Positions 34,826-44,041 of a DNA stretch of 64,000 bases are shown piece after piece; position 1 is the stretch's first letter; each line of letters begins with the position of its first letter. The position numbers were made by a program, and so were the translations under genes. Source of the stretch: a virus (Duplodnaviria; Caudoviricetes); the IMG/VR virus record IMGVR_UViG_3300025718_000006, positions 1,916 to 65,915 of that record; one strand, written 5' to 3'. Under the pieces are notes generated by a model, which saw nothing but the letters and a program-made list of their open reading frames with translations, did not search any database and was not told where the DNA came from.

Positions 34826-35713
34826 ATGAATAAAAGAATTATAAAATGCGTTTTATCTAAAAAATTTAATGAGTTACTTGAAAGTGTTGAGGATATAAAA
34901 GTAAAAAAACTTATGAAACAAAATTCAATTATAACAGGTGGTGCAATTGTTTCACTCTTACTGAATGAAGAAGTTAATGATTATGATATTTACTTTACTA
35001 ATAAAGAAACTTGTTTAGAGGTTGCAAAATATTATGTAAATAAGTTCAATCAAGCACATGAGAACGTAGGCGCAAAAATAGTAGAAGATGGTGACAGAAT
35101 AAAAGTATTTATCCAATCTGCTGGCGTAGCTGGGAATGATGAAACAGAACCTAATTTAGAAAGCTACGAGGAACATGACACTATGCAAACCAATATAACG
35201 CCTGAATCTGATTTAGAGAATATTCCGGTAAAGCCAAAATACAAGCCTGTTTATTTATCTTCTAATGCAATAACCCTTTCGGACAAAGTTCAATTAGTAA
35301 TCAGATTTTATGGTGATGCTGAAAACATTCATAAAAATTATGATTTTGTACATTGTACAAATTATTGGACTAGTGGTGATAATGAATTAGCTCTGAGACA
35401 AGATGCTTTAGAAGCTATCTTAAATAAAGAATTAAGGTATGTAGGTAGTAAATATCCTTTATGTTCTATTATAAGAACTAGAAAATTTATAACTAGAGGA
35501 TGGACAATAAACGCTGGTCAATATTTAAAAATGTGTATGAATCTTCAAGACTTTAATTTAAAAGATATAAAAACTTTAGAAGATCAACTTGTCGGTGTTG
35601 ACAGTGGTTATTTCGCAATATTAATAAATGATCTTCAAAAACAAAAGGAAGGAAATCCTAATTTTGAAGTTGATAATTCTTATGTTGCTCAAATTATAGA
35701 TAAGATATTTTAA
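34826..35713 (+). CDS. Pol-beta superfamily nucleotidyltransferase-like protein
   Basis: ITGGAI...EEVNDYDIYF (GG/S...DxD) and later FDFV-like YDFVHC. Confidence 0.65.
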   Translation: MNKRIIKCVLSKKFNELLESVEDIKVKKLMKQNSIITGGAIVSLLLNEEVNDYDIYFTNKETCLEVAKYYVNKFNQAHENVGAKIVEDGDRIKVFIQSAGVAGNDETEPNLESYEEHDTMQTNITPESDLENIPVKPKYKPVYLSSNAITLSDKVQLVIRFYGDAENIHKNYDFVHCTNYWTSGDNELALRQDALEAILNKELRYVGSKYPLCSIIRTRKFITRGWTINAGQYLKMCMNLQDFNLKDIKTLEDQLVGVDSGYFAILINDLQKQKEGNPNFEVDNSYVAQIIDKIF

Positions 35714-35725
35714 GGGGGTATATAA

Positions 35726-36532
35726 ATGAAAAGAAGCGAAAGTATTAAAGAAATTGCAGGCGCATTAAGTAAATTCCAGGGTGAAGTTACTAATCCGAAG
35801 AACTCGGCAAAGAATCCTCAATTTAATAGTAAGTACGCTCCACTACAAGATATTTTAAGTTTGGTTAGACCGATACTAGGTAAATACGGATTAAGTATAT
35901 TACAAAGTACCACAGGAGACTTAGAAAACGTTACTATTACAACTATGTTATTACATGAGAGTGGTGAGTTTTTAGAAATGGAACCATTCGTTTTAAAAGG
36001 CGAACAGACGTTAAAAGGTGGGGCAAAAGTATTAAATGTACAAGGCGCTGGGAGTATGATCACATATGTTCGCCGTTATCAGGCATCTGCAATGTTAGGG
36101 TTAGCAAGCGAAGATGATGATGGAAACCATGCAAGCGGTAAAGACGATAATGTACATGATGATACAGAAAAAGAAGAGACTACAGTTACTGCAAAGATGT
36201 TAATTGATATGGCGAAATCCAAAGGAATTGATGAAGCTTCAATCTGTAAAAAATATAAAGCATCAGAAATTAAATTTATAAAACAAGAAGATAAAAAAGC
36301 AGAATATGAAAGTTTAAAACATGAAGGAGAAAAATTACCACTAATAGATAAGAATAAAATTGAATCAATCCAAATATTAGCAGAAAAAAAAGGTGTTAAA
36401 GAAGCTAGTATATGTGCAGCTTATAATATTACAAAGTTTGAACAAATGAATTTTGATAATTGGAAACTAGCAACGGATAAATTAAACTTAAAACCGGATC
36501 ATGTAAAAAACGATTTAGATGGCATCATATAA
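35726..36532 (+). CDS. erf: ERF-family single-strand annealing protein
   Basis: K.A.NP.F.SKYA.L..I..., TTMLLHESGEF, Q.AGS.ITY.RRY.....LGLA.EDDDGN. Confidence 0.9.
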   Translation: MKRSESIKEIAGALSKFQGEVTNPKNSAKNPQFNSKYAPLQDILSLVRPILGKYGLSILQSTTGDLENVTITTMLLHESGEFLEMEPFVLKGEQTLKGGAKVLNVQGAGSMITYVRRYQASAMLGLASEDDDGNHASGKDDNVHDDTEKEETTVTAKMLIDMAKSKGIDEASICKKYKASEIKFIKQEDKKAEYESLKHEGEKLPLIDKNKIESIQILAEKKGVKEASICAAYNITKFEQMNFDNWKLATDKLNLKPDHVKNDLDGII

Positions 36533-36587
36533 GCTACAGAATATGAGAATATGGCGATTCAATAAAAATATTTAGGAGGTTTTTAAT

Positions 36588-36821
36588 ATGGAAGAAAAAG
36601 TATTAACCTATGAGCAATTAATAAGAATGAATGGCAATTATGTAAAGGTGGTAGCAAAGGGTAAAGAAGAATTAAATCCTTTGAAATTAAGGGTGTCAGT
36701 AGATGATTCTAAGGGTTATTTTATAAATTTGAAATCAAATGATGAAGTTCATGCCTACGGATTTCCAAATGGAGATTTAATAAATAAAGGTACATGGATA
36801 GATATTTATAAAATAAGTTAG
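36588..36821 (+). CDS. Hypothetical protein
   Basis: 77 aa; GGAGG RBS. Confidence 0.6.
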   Translation: MEEKVLTYEQLIRMNGNYVKVVAKGKEELNPLKLRVSVDDSKGYFINLKSNDEVHAYGFPNGDLINKGTWIDIYKIS

Positions 36822-36879
36822 TAACGCATTTCAAAAATATTAGGATGTATAAAGTGATAAAAAATAGGGGGAATTAATA

Positions 36880-38067
36880 ATGTTAGATATTAAACTAGAA
36901 AAGAAATTACCTGTGGTACAAATGAATTTTGAAGAGGTAAAAGCTTCATTAATAGCCGGTGCTGAAAAATATAGAGGAATAATTGTAACGCCAGAATCAT
37001 TAAAAGATTGCAAAATTATGCAAAAGGAACTTTCTAAAACTAAAAATGATCTGGATACCTACAGAAAAGGGATTAAAAAGGAAATGTTAATTCCGGTAAC
37101 TGCTTTCGAGTTACAGTGCAAAGAGTTGATTAGTTTGGTGGTAGAAGTTGAATCTCCTATTAAAGATGCAATTTTAATATTTGATGATGCAGAGAAAGAA
37201 AAAAAGAAACTGGTAGCTATAGAACACATAAATAAGACCATCACAGAGCTTGTGTTAACTGATAAATATAGTGTCCAACTAACTGTATTAGATACTTATA
37301 CAAACGTCTCTATGAGCATTAAGAAGCTTAAAGAGGATATAGAAAAAAGAGGTTATCTATTACAACAAGAGCAACAACAAGAAAAAGAAAATATGCAAAT
37401 AATAAAAGATACTATTGAGAATTGCAACAAGTCAATTGATGCCAAAATGTATATAGAAGATTTCCAAGTTTTGATTAATGCAAATGAATCTTTACCGATA
37501 ATTTTAAATAGTATAAATGGCAGACTAGAGAGAATTAAAGCTAACGAGCTAAAGGCGGTTGCTGATAGAAAAGTTCAGGCAGAAAAAGAAGTGTTAGAGA
37601 GAATTGCAAAGGCCGAACGTGAGGCAGCAGAGAAAACGAGAATAGAGGAAAGAAATATAAGGATTGCTAAAGAAGAAGCAGAGTATAAAGAACATGCAAG
37701 GTTAAAAGTTATAGAAGAAGCCAAAGAACATGAATATAAACTTAAAATGAAAGCTTTAGAAGCCACTGAAAGAATGAAAATTGAAGAAGAAAATAAAGAA
37801 GCTAAATTAAGGGAAGAAGCAATAAAGCAGATTGAAAATGATAAATTAGAAAAAGAAGCTGCGATAAGATCACTTAATCAAAATATTGTAATAGATACAA
37901 AGGTACCTGCTACATTAGAAGAAGAAATTCCATTTTCAGAAATTGAAACAATGTACTTTATTGAAAGCAGAATCGAGGGAACACTTCAAGAAATTAAGAA
38001 TTTAAGCAAGTTTTTAAAAGAAAATAATTATAATTATGTAGCAACTAGCAAAGGGTTGTTGAAATAA
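36880..38067 (+). CDS. DUF1351-like coiled-coil protein
   Basis: NFEEVK...Y.G..VT..SLKD.K....EL.K....L...RK..KK...P...FE...KEL; lies beside erf. Confidence 0.75.
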   Translation: MLDIKLEKKLPVVQMNFEEVKASLIAGAEKYRGIIVTPESLKDCKIMQKELSKTKNDLDTYRKGIKKEMLIPVTAFELQCKELISLVVEVESPIKDAILIFDDAEKEKKKLVAIEHINKTITELVLTDKYSVQLTVLDTYTNVSMSIKKLKEDIEKRGYLLQQEQQQEKENMQIIKDTIENCNKSIDAKMYIEDFQVLINANESLPIILNSINGRLERIKANELKAVADRKVQAEKEVLERIAKAEREAAEKTRIEERNIRIAKEEAEYKEHARLKVIEEAKEHEYKLKMKALEATERMKIEEENKEAKLREEAIKQIENDKLEKEAAIRSLNQNIVIDTKVPATLEEEIPFSEIETMYFIESRIEGTLQEIKNLSKFLKENNYNYVATSKGLLK

Positions 38068-38126
38068 TTGAATTGAATAATATGAGAAAAGTGTGCAACA
38101 ACAAATAAAAATAAAAGGAGAATATT

Positions 38127-38486
38127 ATGAAAGATAAATGGATGTATAACTTAGATGGTGGCGAAATATGGCAAGGAGAAGAATTTGATACAAAAGAAGA
38201 AGCAATAAAGTTTGGAAAAGAAGAAGCAGATGATAATTTCAGAGTAGGTCAAATTAAAGAAGTTCCAGTAAGCGGGATAGATGTTGACTTTATATTAGAA
38301 AATGTAGCCGAGAACACAACAAATGATATTGGAGAAGTTGGAGAAGATTATCTTTGTGATGTTGCGAATATTCATAGTTCAGAATTAGAAGAAAAACTTA
38401 ATGTAGTATTGTTTGCATGGATTAAAAAATATAAGTATGAGCCTAATTTCTTCCAAATTAACAATGAAGAAACAATAGAGGTTTAA
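38127..38486 (+). CDS. Acidic conserved phage protein
   Basis: FDTKEEAI..GK, VGQI, E.YL pattern. Confidence 0.65.
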   Translation: MKDKWMYNLDGGEIWQGEEFDTKEEAIKFGKEEADDNFRVGQIKEVPVSGIDVDFILENVAENTTNDIGEVGEDYLCDVANIHSSELEEKLNVVLFAWIKKYKYEPNFFQINNEETIEV

Positions 38487-38532
38487 GGCACATTTCAAAA
38501 ATAGTTTGTAATAAACAAAGGGGGAAATAACA

Positions 38533-39135
38533 GTGAAAAGTTTTAGCCAGCCAATTCAAGTTACCAGTATAAAGGAAGTTGAAGGGAAAACATATCTTAC
38601 GGTTGGCTTAGAAATTACTAAAGATGAAGTATTAAAATACTCTACCAATAAAGGTATACATGGAGAAATAACGTTTGATGATGGTAGAAGGATCAATGCA
38701 GAGCAAAGGAAGAAGTTATATGCTACATTTAAAGATATTGCAGACTGGACGGGGGATGTTCCTGACTACATTAAGGAATTATTTAAGTTTAATTTCTGTA
38801 TGGAAAGTGGAATTGAAGATTTTAGCTTATCTAACTGTACACTAGAGATTGCTAGGGAGCTTATATCATTTCTAATAGAGTTTATAATTGTAAATGATAT
38901 TCCACTCATGGTGCCAGGTATTGAGCGTACAGATGATATAAACAAATTTTTATTTTATTCGTTAAAACACTCTCATTGTTGTGTCTGTAACAAAGAAGGT
39001 ATTATTTATACAATGGATGTCGATAAAAATAAAATGTGTCTTTGCGAAAAACATCATTCTCAGGCGAAAACAAAAGGACTAAAAGAATTTAATGATATTT
39101 ATAAAGTGTATGGAATCGAATATAAAAGATTATAA
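38533..39135 (+). CDS. Putative HNHc-type nuclease family protein (possibly degenerate)
   Basis: EQRKKLYA...DIADWTG, FSLSNC....AR..I, CCVC...CLC..HH. Confidence 0.6.
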   Translation: MKSFSQPIQVTSIKEVEGKTYLTVGLEITKDEVLKYSTNKGIHGEITFDDGRRINAEQRKKLYATFKDIADWTGDVPDYIKELFKFNFCMESGIEDFSLSNCTLEIARELISFLIEFIIVNDIPLMVPGIERTDDINKFLFYSLKHSHCCVCNKEGIIYTMDVDKNKMCLCEKHHSQAKTKGLKEFNDIYKVYGIEYKRL

Positions 39136-39142
39136 AATATAT

Positions 39143-39182
39143 TTCAACGAAGTGTTGCAATTTTCAACGTATAGTATATAAT
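39143..39182 (+). promoter_or_regulatory. Early promoter with operator
   Basis: TTCAAC GAAGT GTTGCA (39143-39159); TTGCAA-16 bp-TATAAT. Confidence 0.65.
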
Positions 39183-39215
39183 GGTAATATAAGAAGTTGG
39201 GAAATTGAGGGGGAA

Positions 39216-39557
39216 ATGGAAATGATAATTATTGATAACCATATCGAACATGAAACAAGTGCTAGATTAGAGTTAGGCGGTTTGAAAACAGATAGTTTAT
39301 GTACTCCATACAGACCATTAAGTATAGGAGAGGTTACAAACTATTTAACACCGGATCAGATTGAAGAATTATTCGAAGAAGTAGACACAAAACTTCATAT
39401 AGAAACTGAAACAAGTGAGTGGATGAAAGGCAGAATTGAAGAATTAGAAAATAAAATTTCTGATTTAGAAGAAATAATCGAAGAAGCGGTTGAAGAATCT
39501 GCATCAACTTGTGCAATTGATTATAACGATGCTGAATATGACTTTTGTGAAAAATAA
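39216..39557 (+). CDS. Acidic hypothetical protein
   Basis: 113 aa; first gene after an operator-controlled promoter. Confidence 0.6.
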   Translation: MEMIIIDNHIEHETSARLELGGLKTDSLCTPYRPLSIGEVTNYLTPDQIEELFEEVDTKLHIETETSEWMKGRIEELENKISDLEEIIEEAVEESASTCAIDYNDAEYDFCEK

Positions 39558-39571
39558 AAAAAGACTCTTTC

Positions 39572-39754
39572 GTGAGAGCCTTAATTAAAAAAAAGTTGGG
39601 TGATTTTGCAGTTATCCAACTTCATTATAACACGATGAAGGAGAAATTAAATATGAAAAATACAAGCAGATTAAATTACTTGGAATACTGCAAGAAAAAT
39701 AATGTAGTTGCTACTATGAAAGGCTTGAAAAAATGGAGTTTCATATGTAGATAA
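39572..39754 (+). CDS. Small basic hypothetical protein
   Basis: 60 aa; in operon context. Confidence 0.45.
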   Translation: MRALIKKKLGDFAVIQLHYNTMKEKLNMKNTSRLNYLEYCKKNNVVATMKGLKKWSFICR

Positions 39755-39838
39755 GATATAAGAACGTGTCGTACTAGCTAAATATTATGTCTCAAAATAT
39801 TAAAAAATAAAAATTGAAGTAATCTAGATTAAATAAGT

Positions 39839-41137
39839 GTGATCACACCTTCAGACGTGGAGGGTAAATTGAAGTTTGTTGATATGTTTTGTGGAATTGG
39901 TACCGTAAGAATGGGATTTGAACAGGCAGGGCATGAATGCGTTTATAGTATTGAGTGGGATAAATTTAAAAGGGGGATTTACAATGTTATATTCGGAAAT
40001 GAGCCAGAAGGTAGGGATATTCGGGAATGCAGAGCAATTGACATTCCTCAATCCGATTGTTGGACATTCGGAGCACCTTGTCAAGATTTCAGCTTGGCAG
40101 GAGCAAGATCAGGACTTGAAGGAGATAGAAGTTCTTTGGTACGAGAAGTATTTAGACTCGTTAGGGAAACTAAAGAAGAATACAGACCAAAATGGTTATT
40201 ATATGAAAATGTTGGAGGAATGCTTTCATCAAATAAAGGACTTGACTACTTCAAAATACTCATTGAAATGGAATCGTTGGGGTACGATATTGAATGGCAA
40301 ATGCTCAACTCAAAAGATTTCGGAGTTCCCCAAAATAGGGAAAGAGTGTTCACTCTTGGACATCTTAGAGGACAAGGTGGACAAAAAATATTTCCTATCG
40401 GAGGAATTACAGAATCGGCTAACATTAAGGTAATAGGTACTACTGCTGAATCAACAGTTAGAAAAGACGGTTCGATAATAATGGATAAATCTACTAGAGC
40501 GTGGGTACATGATACTTCAGGCATTATAGGTGCAATAGGGGCAATGGAATATAAGCAGCCTAAACAAATATTAGTTAAAGGTCAAGTTAGTAATGAGGGA
40601 AGTCAAGCAGGTAAAGTTTATGGAGAAGAGGGTATTTTCCCAACTATATGCGCAGGAACTCATGGATATGCTAATGGAAATGTATTAGTAAAAGAAGCCA
40701 CGAAAAAAGGCTATGCTGAAGCAAATGAGGGAGACAGTATAAATCTAGAGCGTCCTAATTCAAAGACTAGGAGAGGCCGTGGACATCAACAAGCTAATAC
40801 ATTAACTACCTCATGCAATCAAGCAGTAGTTTTACCTTGTATTGCAGCATCACGAGGAAGATACACAAGTGAAAATTCAACAGAACAAAGACTTGAAATT
40901 AATAAAACAGGGAATTCCAATACAATTACAACAGTACAAAAAGACAATTTGCTACTGACACCACAAAGCAGAATAAGGCGGTTAACACCTAAAGAATGCT
41001 GGAGACTACAAGGGATTGATGATTCAATAACAAATAAGGTAATGGCATCGAAAACATCAGATACTCAAATGTATAGAGGTGCAGGAGATGCTTGTACTGT
41101 AAATGTAATTTATGAAATAGCTAAGAGGTTAATATAA
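39839..41137 (+). CDS. dcm: DNA (cytosine-5) methyltransferase, alpha chain
   Basis: DMFCGIG (I), GAPCQDFS (IV), YENVGG (VI), PQNRERVF (VIII), RRLTPKECWRLQG (IX), MYRGAGDA (variant X). Confidence 0.92.
   Translation: MITPSDVEGKLKFVDMFCGIGTVRMGFEQAGHECVYSIEWDKFKRGIYNVIFGNEPEGRDIRECRAIDIPQSDCWTFGAPCQDFSLAGARSGLEGDRSSLVREVFRLVRETKEEYRPKWLLYENVGGMLSSNKGLDYFKILIEMESLGYDIEWQMLNSKDFGVPQNRERVFTLGHLRGQGGQKIFPIGGITESANIKVIGTTAESTVRKDGSIIMDKSTRAWVHDTSGIIGAIGAMEYKQPKQILVKGQVSNEGSQAGKVYGEEGIFPTICAGTHGYANGNVLVKEATKKGYAEANEGDSINLERPNSKTRRGRGHQQANTLTTSCNQAVVLPCIAASRGRYTSENSTEQRLEINKTGNSNTITTVQKDNLLLTPQSRIRRLTPKECWRLQGIDDSITNKVMASKTSDTQMYRGAGDACTVNVIYEIAKRLI
39984..40433 (+). CDS. Overlapping +1-frame ORF: probable beta subunit of an EcoHK31I-type C5 MTase
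   Basis: AGGGGG RBS at 39971-39976 before ATG 39984; ends KWNRWGTILNGKCSTQKISEFPKIGKECSLLDILEDKVDKKYFLSEE. Confidence 0.7.
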   Translation: MLYSEMSQKVGIFGNAEQLTFLNPIVGHSEHLVKISAWQEQDQDLKEIEVLWYEKYLDSLGKLKKNTDQNGYYMKMLEECFHQIKDLTTSKYSLKWNRWGTILNGKCSTQKISEFPKIGKECSLLDILEDKVDKKYFLSEELQNRLTLR

Positions 41138-41602
41138 TGGAAAATAAAGAAGAGGTTGAAAAAGGAATACCATTTTCAGAGAAAAGGACATTTGATTGCA
41201 TGGATTGTTGTGAATGCTGCCAAGAGTTTGAATGTCCAAACAATCTAACTAGGTGCCAGTAGTTGCTACAAAATATGAGAATATGATGCAACAAATTTAA
41301 GGGGGAATAAACAATGGTAGGCGATATATTAAAAGATAGAATGATGACAATTAGAAAGCATAAATACACTGAATATATGAGGTCAGATAAAGGATTTAAA
41401 ATATTAAAAGAAAACGAACAAGGTAGGATAATTTCATTTAAAAACCTTGATACAGGCAAAATTATTAAAATTAGTTAGTTGCATAATACAAAAACAGTAC
41501 GACTTAACCAAAAAATAAAAAAGGACCGCTCGCCTAGATAACTGTTGGCCCTTTTTTAAATCAACTAGGATTACATTATAACATACAAAGGGGGATTAAA
41601 TA

Positions 41603-42400
41603 GTGCAATACGACAAGAAATATCCGTTATTAACTGCAATAGAAGAAAGAAATCTTATTACAAAAGCTCAGAACGGTGATAAAAGTTCATTTGATTATTT
41701 AATAATGTGTAACATGGGATTGGTAACTGTAACTGCTAAAAAATTTAGGGACAAAGGTATGGATTTTGACGATTTATTCCAGGTGGGTATTATGGGCCTA
41801 ATGGTAGCTATACAAAAGTTTGATTTAAGCAAAGAATTAAAATTAAGTACATATTCATATATTTGGATTAGGCAACGGATGATAAGATTAATACAAAATG
41901 ATTCTAGGACAATTAGAATACCCTGCCACACGTTTGAAAGAAATTTCAATTTAATAGTAGATAATAAAAAATTAGAGCAAGAACTTGAAAGAGCCGCTAC
42001 TAATCAAGAACTTGCAGACTATAGCAAGCAATCACTTAAAAATGTTGAAAACTTTAAAAAAGATATGATTGAAATGTATTCTCTTAATAAATTAACTGAT
42101 AATAACGAAATAGGTACCGAGGTTATCGAATTTGTACATGACGTTAATTCTGTAGATATAGTAACAAGAATAGCTGGTGAAATGGTAGGAGAAGAACTTA
42201 CAAAACTTATACGGTCCATATTAAATGAGAAAGAATTTAACATATTTTCGCAAAAAGTTGGGTTGAGTTATGATGCAAAGAGTTTTAAAGATTTGGCTAC
42301 TGATTTTGATTTAACTAGTAAAAAGGTGACTGCAATTTATAGGAATGTTGTAAATAAACTAAAAAATAATAGAAGAATTTGTGAATACAGAGTTTCATAA
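41603..42400 (+). CDS. Phage-encoded sigma70-family sigma factor
   Basis: DDLFQVGIMGLMVAIQKFD...STY..IWIRQ...RTIRIP.H (regions 2-3); diverged region 4. Confidence 0.9.
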   Translation: MQYDKKYPLLTAIEERNLITKAQNGDKSSFDYLIMCNMGLVTVTAKKFRDKGMDFDDLFQVGIMGLMVAIQKFDLSKELKLSTYSYIWIRQRMIRLIQNDSRTIRIPCHTFERNFNLIVDNKKLEQELERAATNQELADYSKQSLKNVENFKKDMIEMYSLNKLTDNNEIGTEVIEFVHDVNSVDIVTRIAGEMVGEELTKLIRSILNEKEFNIFSQKVGLSYDAKSFKDLATDFDLTSKKVTAIYRNVVNKLKNNRRICEYRVS

Positions 42401-42466
42401 GTAGAAAATGAGTTGTTTGGAATTTTCGTATAACTGATATATATAAATAAGAAGGAGTGATTTATT

Positions 42467-42868
42467 ATTAATAAGGCAATAATGACTAATGCGTATATAG
42501 GTAAAAAAGGTGTAGAGCTAAAAATAACTTCCGGTGACAAACAAGTGGCTTCATTTACTATAGCAGTTAAAAAGGATTTTAAGGATAAAGAATATAATTA
42601 TTTCAGTTGCGTTCTTTGGGGCAAGATGGCAGAATGGCTTTCGGTCAATCAAGATAGAATTAGCAAGATTGGTGTTGAGGGCAGATTAGAAACCAGAAGT
42701 TATGAAAAAGATGGTGAGAAAAAATATGTAACTGAAATTATCTGTAACCATGTAGAGGTAGAAGAGTGGAAAAAAGAAGATGTTCCATATGATGAAACAA
42801 AGAACGAAAGTAGATTCGGTAGCAATGATGGCGTTACTCCGGTGGATGATTCTGACATCCCGTTTTGA
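42467..42868 (+). CDS. ssb: Single-stranded DNA-binding protein (probable ATT start at 42467)
   Basis: VASFTIAV, V.GRLETRSYEKDG.K.YVTEI, C-terminal DDSDIPF. Confidence 0.92.
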   Translation: MNKAIMTNAYIGKKGVELKITSGDKQVASFTIAVKKDFKDKEYNYFSCVLWGKMAEWLSVNQDRISKIGVEGRLETRSYEKDGEKKYVTEIICNHVEVEEWKKEDVPYDETKNESRFGSNDGVTPVDDSDIPF

Positions 42869-43018
42869 AGAATTTAGGTTAATATCATAAATTTAATATT
42901 TATTTCAACATTACGTGTCATTTACCTAAAATATATGTTATAATCATATTTAAGTAGTAAAGATAAATAGTAAGGCTTGAAAAATAGTCTTACTATAAAA
43001 ACTAAGGGGGAATATATT

Positions 43019-43258
43019 ATTAAATCTTTAGGCACAACGAGGACAATTGATAATTTAGGCAGAGTCGTGTTGCCTGCTGAATTAAGAAAAACACTAGGGT
43101 TGAAAGAAAAAGACACTATGGAGATTTATACTGAGGGCGAATTTATTATGTTGAAAAAATTTGAAGCTGGATGCACATTTTGCGGAGAAGTAAGAGATAT
43201 TATCAATTATAAAGGTAAAAACATTTGTAAGAAGTGTAGGAAAGAACTAAAGCTATAA
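43019..43258 (+). CDS. abrB: AbrB-family transition-state regulator with Zn ribbon (probable ATT start at 43019)
   Basis: KSLGTTRTIDNLGRVVLPAELRKTLGL...MEIY.EGE.I.LKK...CTFC...CKKC. Confidence 0.88.
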   Translation: MKSLGTTRTIDNLGRVVLPAELRKTLGLKEKDTMEIYTEGEFIMLKKFEAGCTFCGEVRDIINYKGKNICKKCRKELKL

Positions 43259-43276
43259 TTTTATTTTAAGATACAT

Positions 43277-43293
43277 TTCAACGTAACGTTAAA
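43277..43293. promoter_or_regulatory. Dispersed operator copy
   Basis: TTCAAC GTAAC GTTAAA upstream of dUTPase; a weaker copy TTCAAC ATTAC GTGTCA lies at 42904-42920. Confidence 0.6.
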
Positions 43294-43330
43294 GTTATAA
43301 ACAATATTATCAACAGAGAGGGGATAACTT

Positions 43331-43873
43331 ATGAAAGTAGGAGAATTATTTGAGGAACAACAGGATTTAGACAATTACATCATGGACAATTTGAAGTTAA
43401 AAGGAATGCCTATATTGGACAAGCAAAGATTAATTGCATATAGATTACTTGCGATTTCGGTCGAGTTGGGTGAGTTAGCAGGTGCCGGAGAAAGTGAAAA
43501 ACTAGGGGAATTAGTAGACATTTATCATTTTGTAATGTCAGTAGCGTTAGCGGCACAACTTGACATTCCTTACAGAGATACAGAATTTAAAATTATGTAT
43601 GACATATTAGCTTGCAAAGTAATAACATGGCCAGAAGCATTGGAAGATTTTATAATCAAATTCTCACAGGTAGCAAACGTTAGTCGTTCATTTAAGTACT
43701 GGAAATCAAGCGATACAGAGCCTATCATGGACTATTTTAACGTAGAGTACATTAACATGTTTGTTTCATTTATTCGTCTTGGTCACGCTCTAGGGTACTC
43801 TGCTAAAGAAGTTGAAAGTGCTTACTTAAAGAAAAACAAAATTAATTATAATCGTCAGCAAAGTGGGTATTAA
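43331..43873 (+). CDS. dut: Dimeric (all-alpha) dUTPase
   Basis: VELGEL, ELVDIYHF, FKYWK, AYLKKN.IN..RQ.SGY. Confidence 0.8.
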   Translation: MKVGELFEEQQDLDNYIMDNLKLKGMPILDKQRLIAYRLLAISVELGELAGAGESEKLGELVDIYHFVMSVALAAQLDIPYRDTEFKIMYDILACKVITWPEALEDFIIKFSQVANVSRSFKYWKSSDTEPIMDYFNVEYINMFVSFIRLGHALGYSAKEVESAYLKKNKINYNRQQSGY

Positions 43874-44041
43874 TATGAATCAAATATTTATTCGAGTTAA
43901 AAGAGAAGATGGAACTTATTACGATAAAGATTTTAATAATTGTAATGAAAAAGAAAAAGATGATTTTTATGATAGCTGCTCAAAAGGTCAAATTGTTGGA
44001 TTATTGAAAAGCATTGTTTTAAATATGAAGGGGTGTAAATA

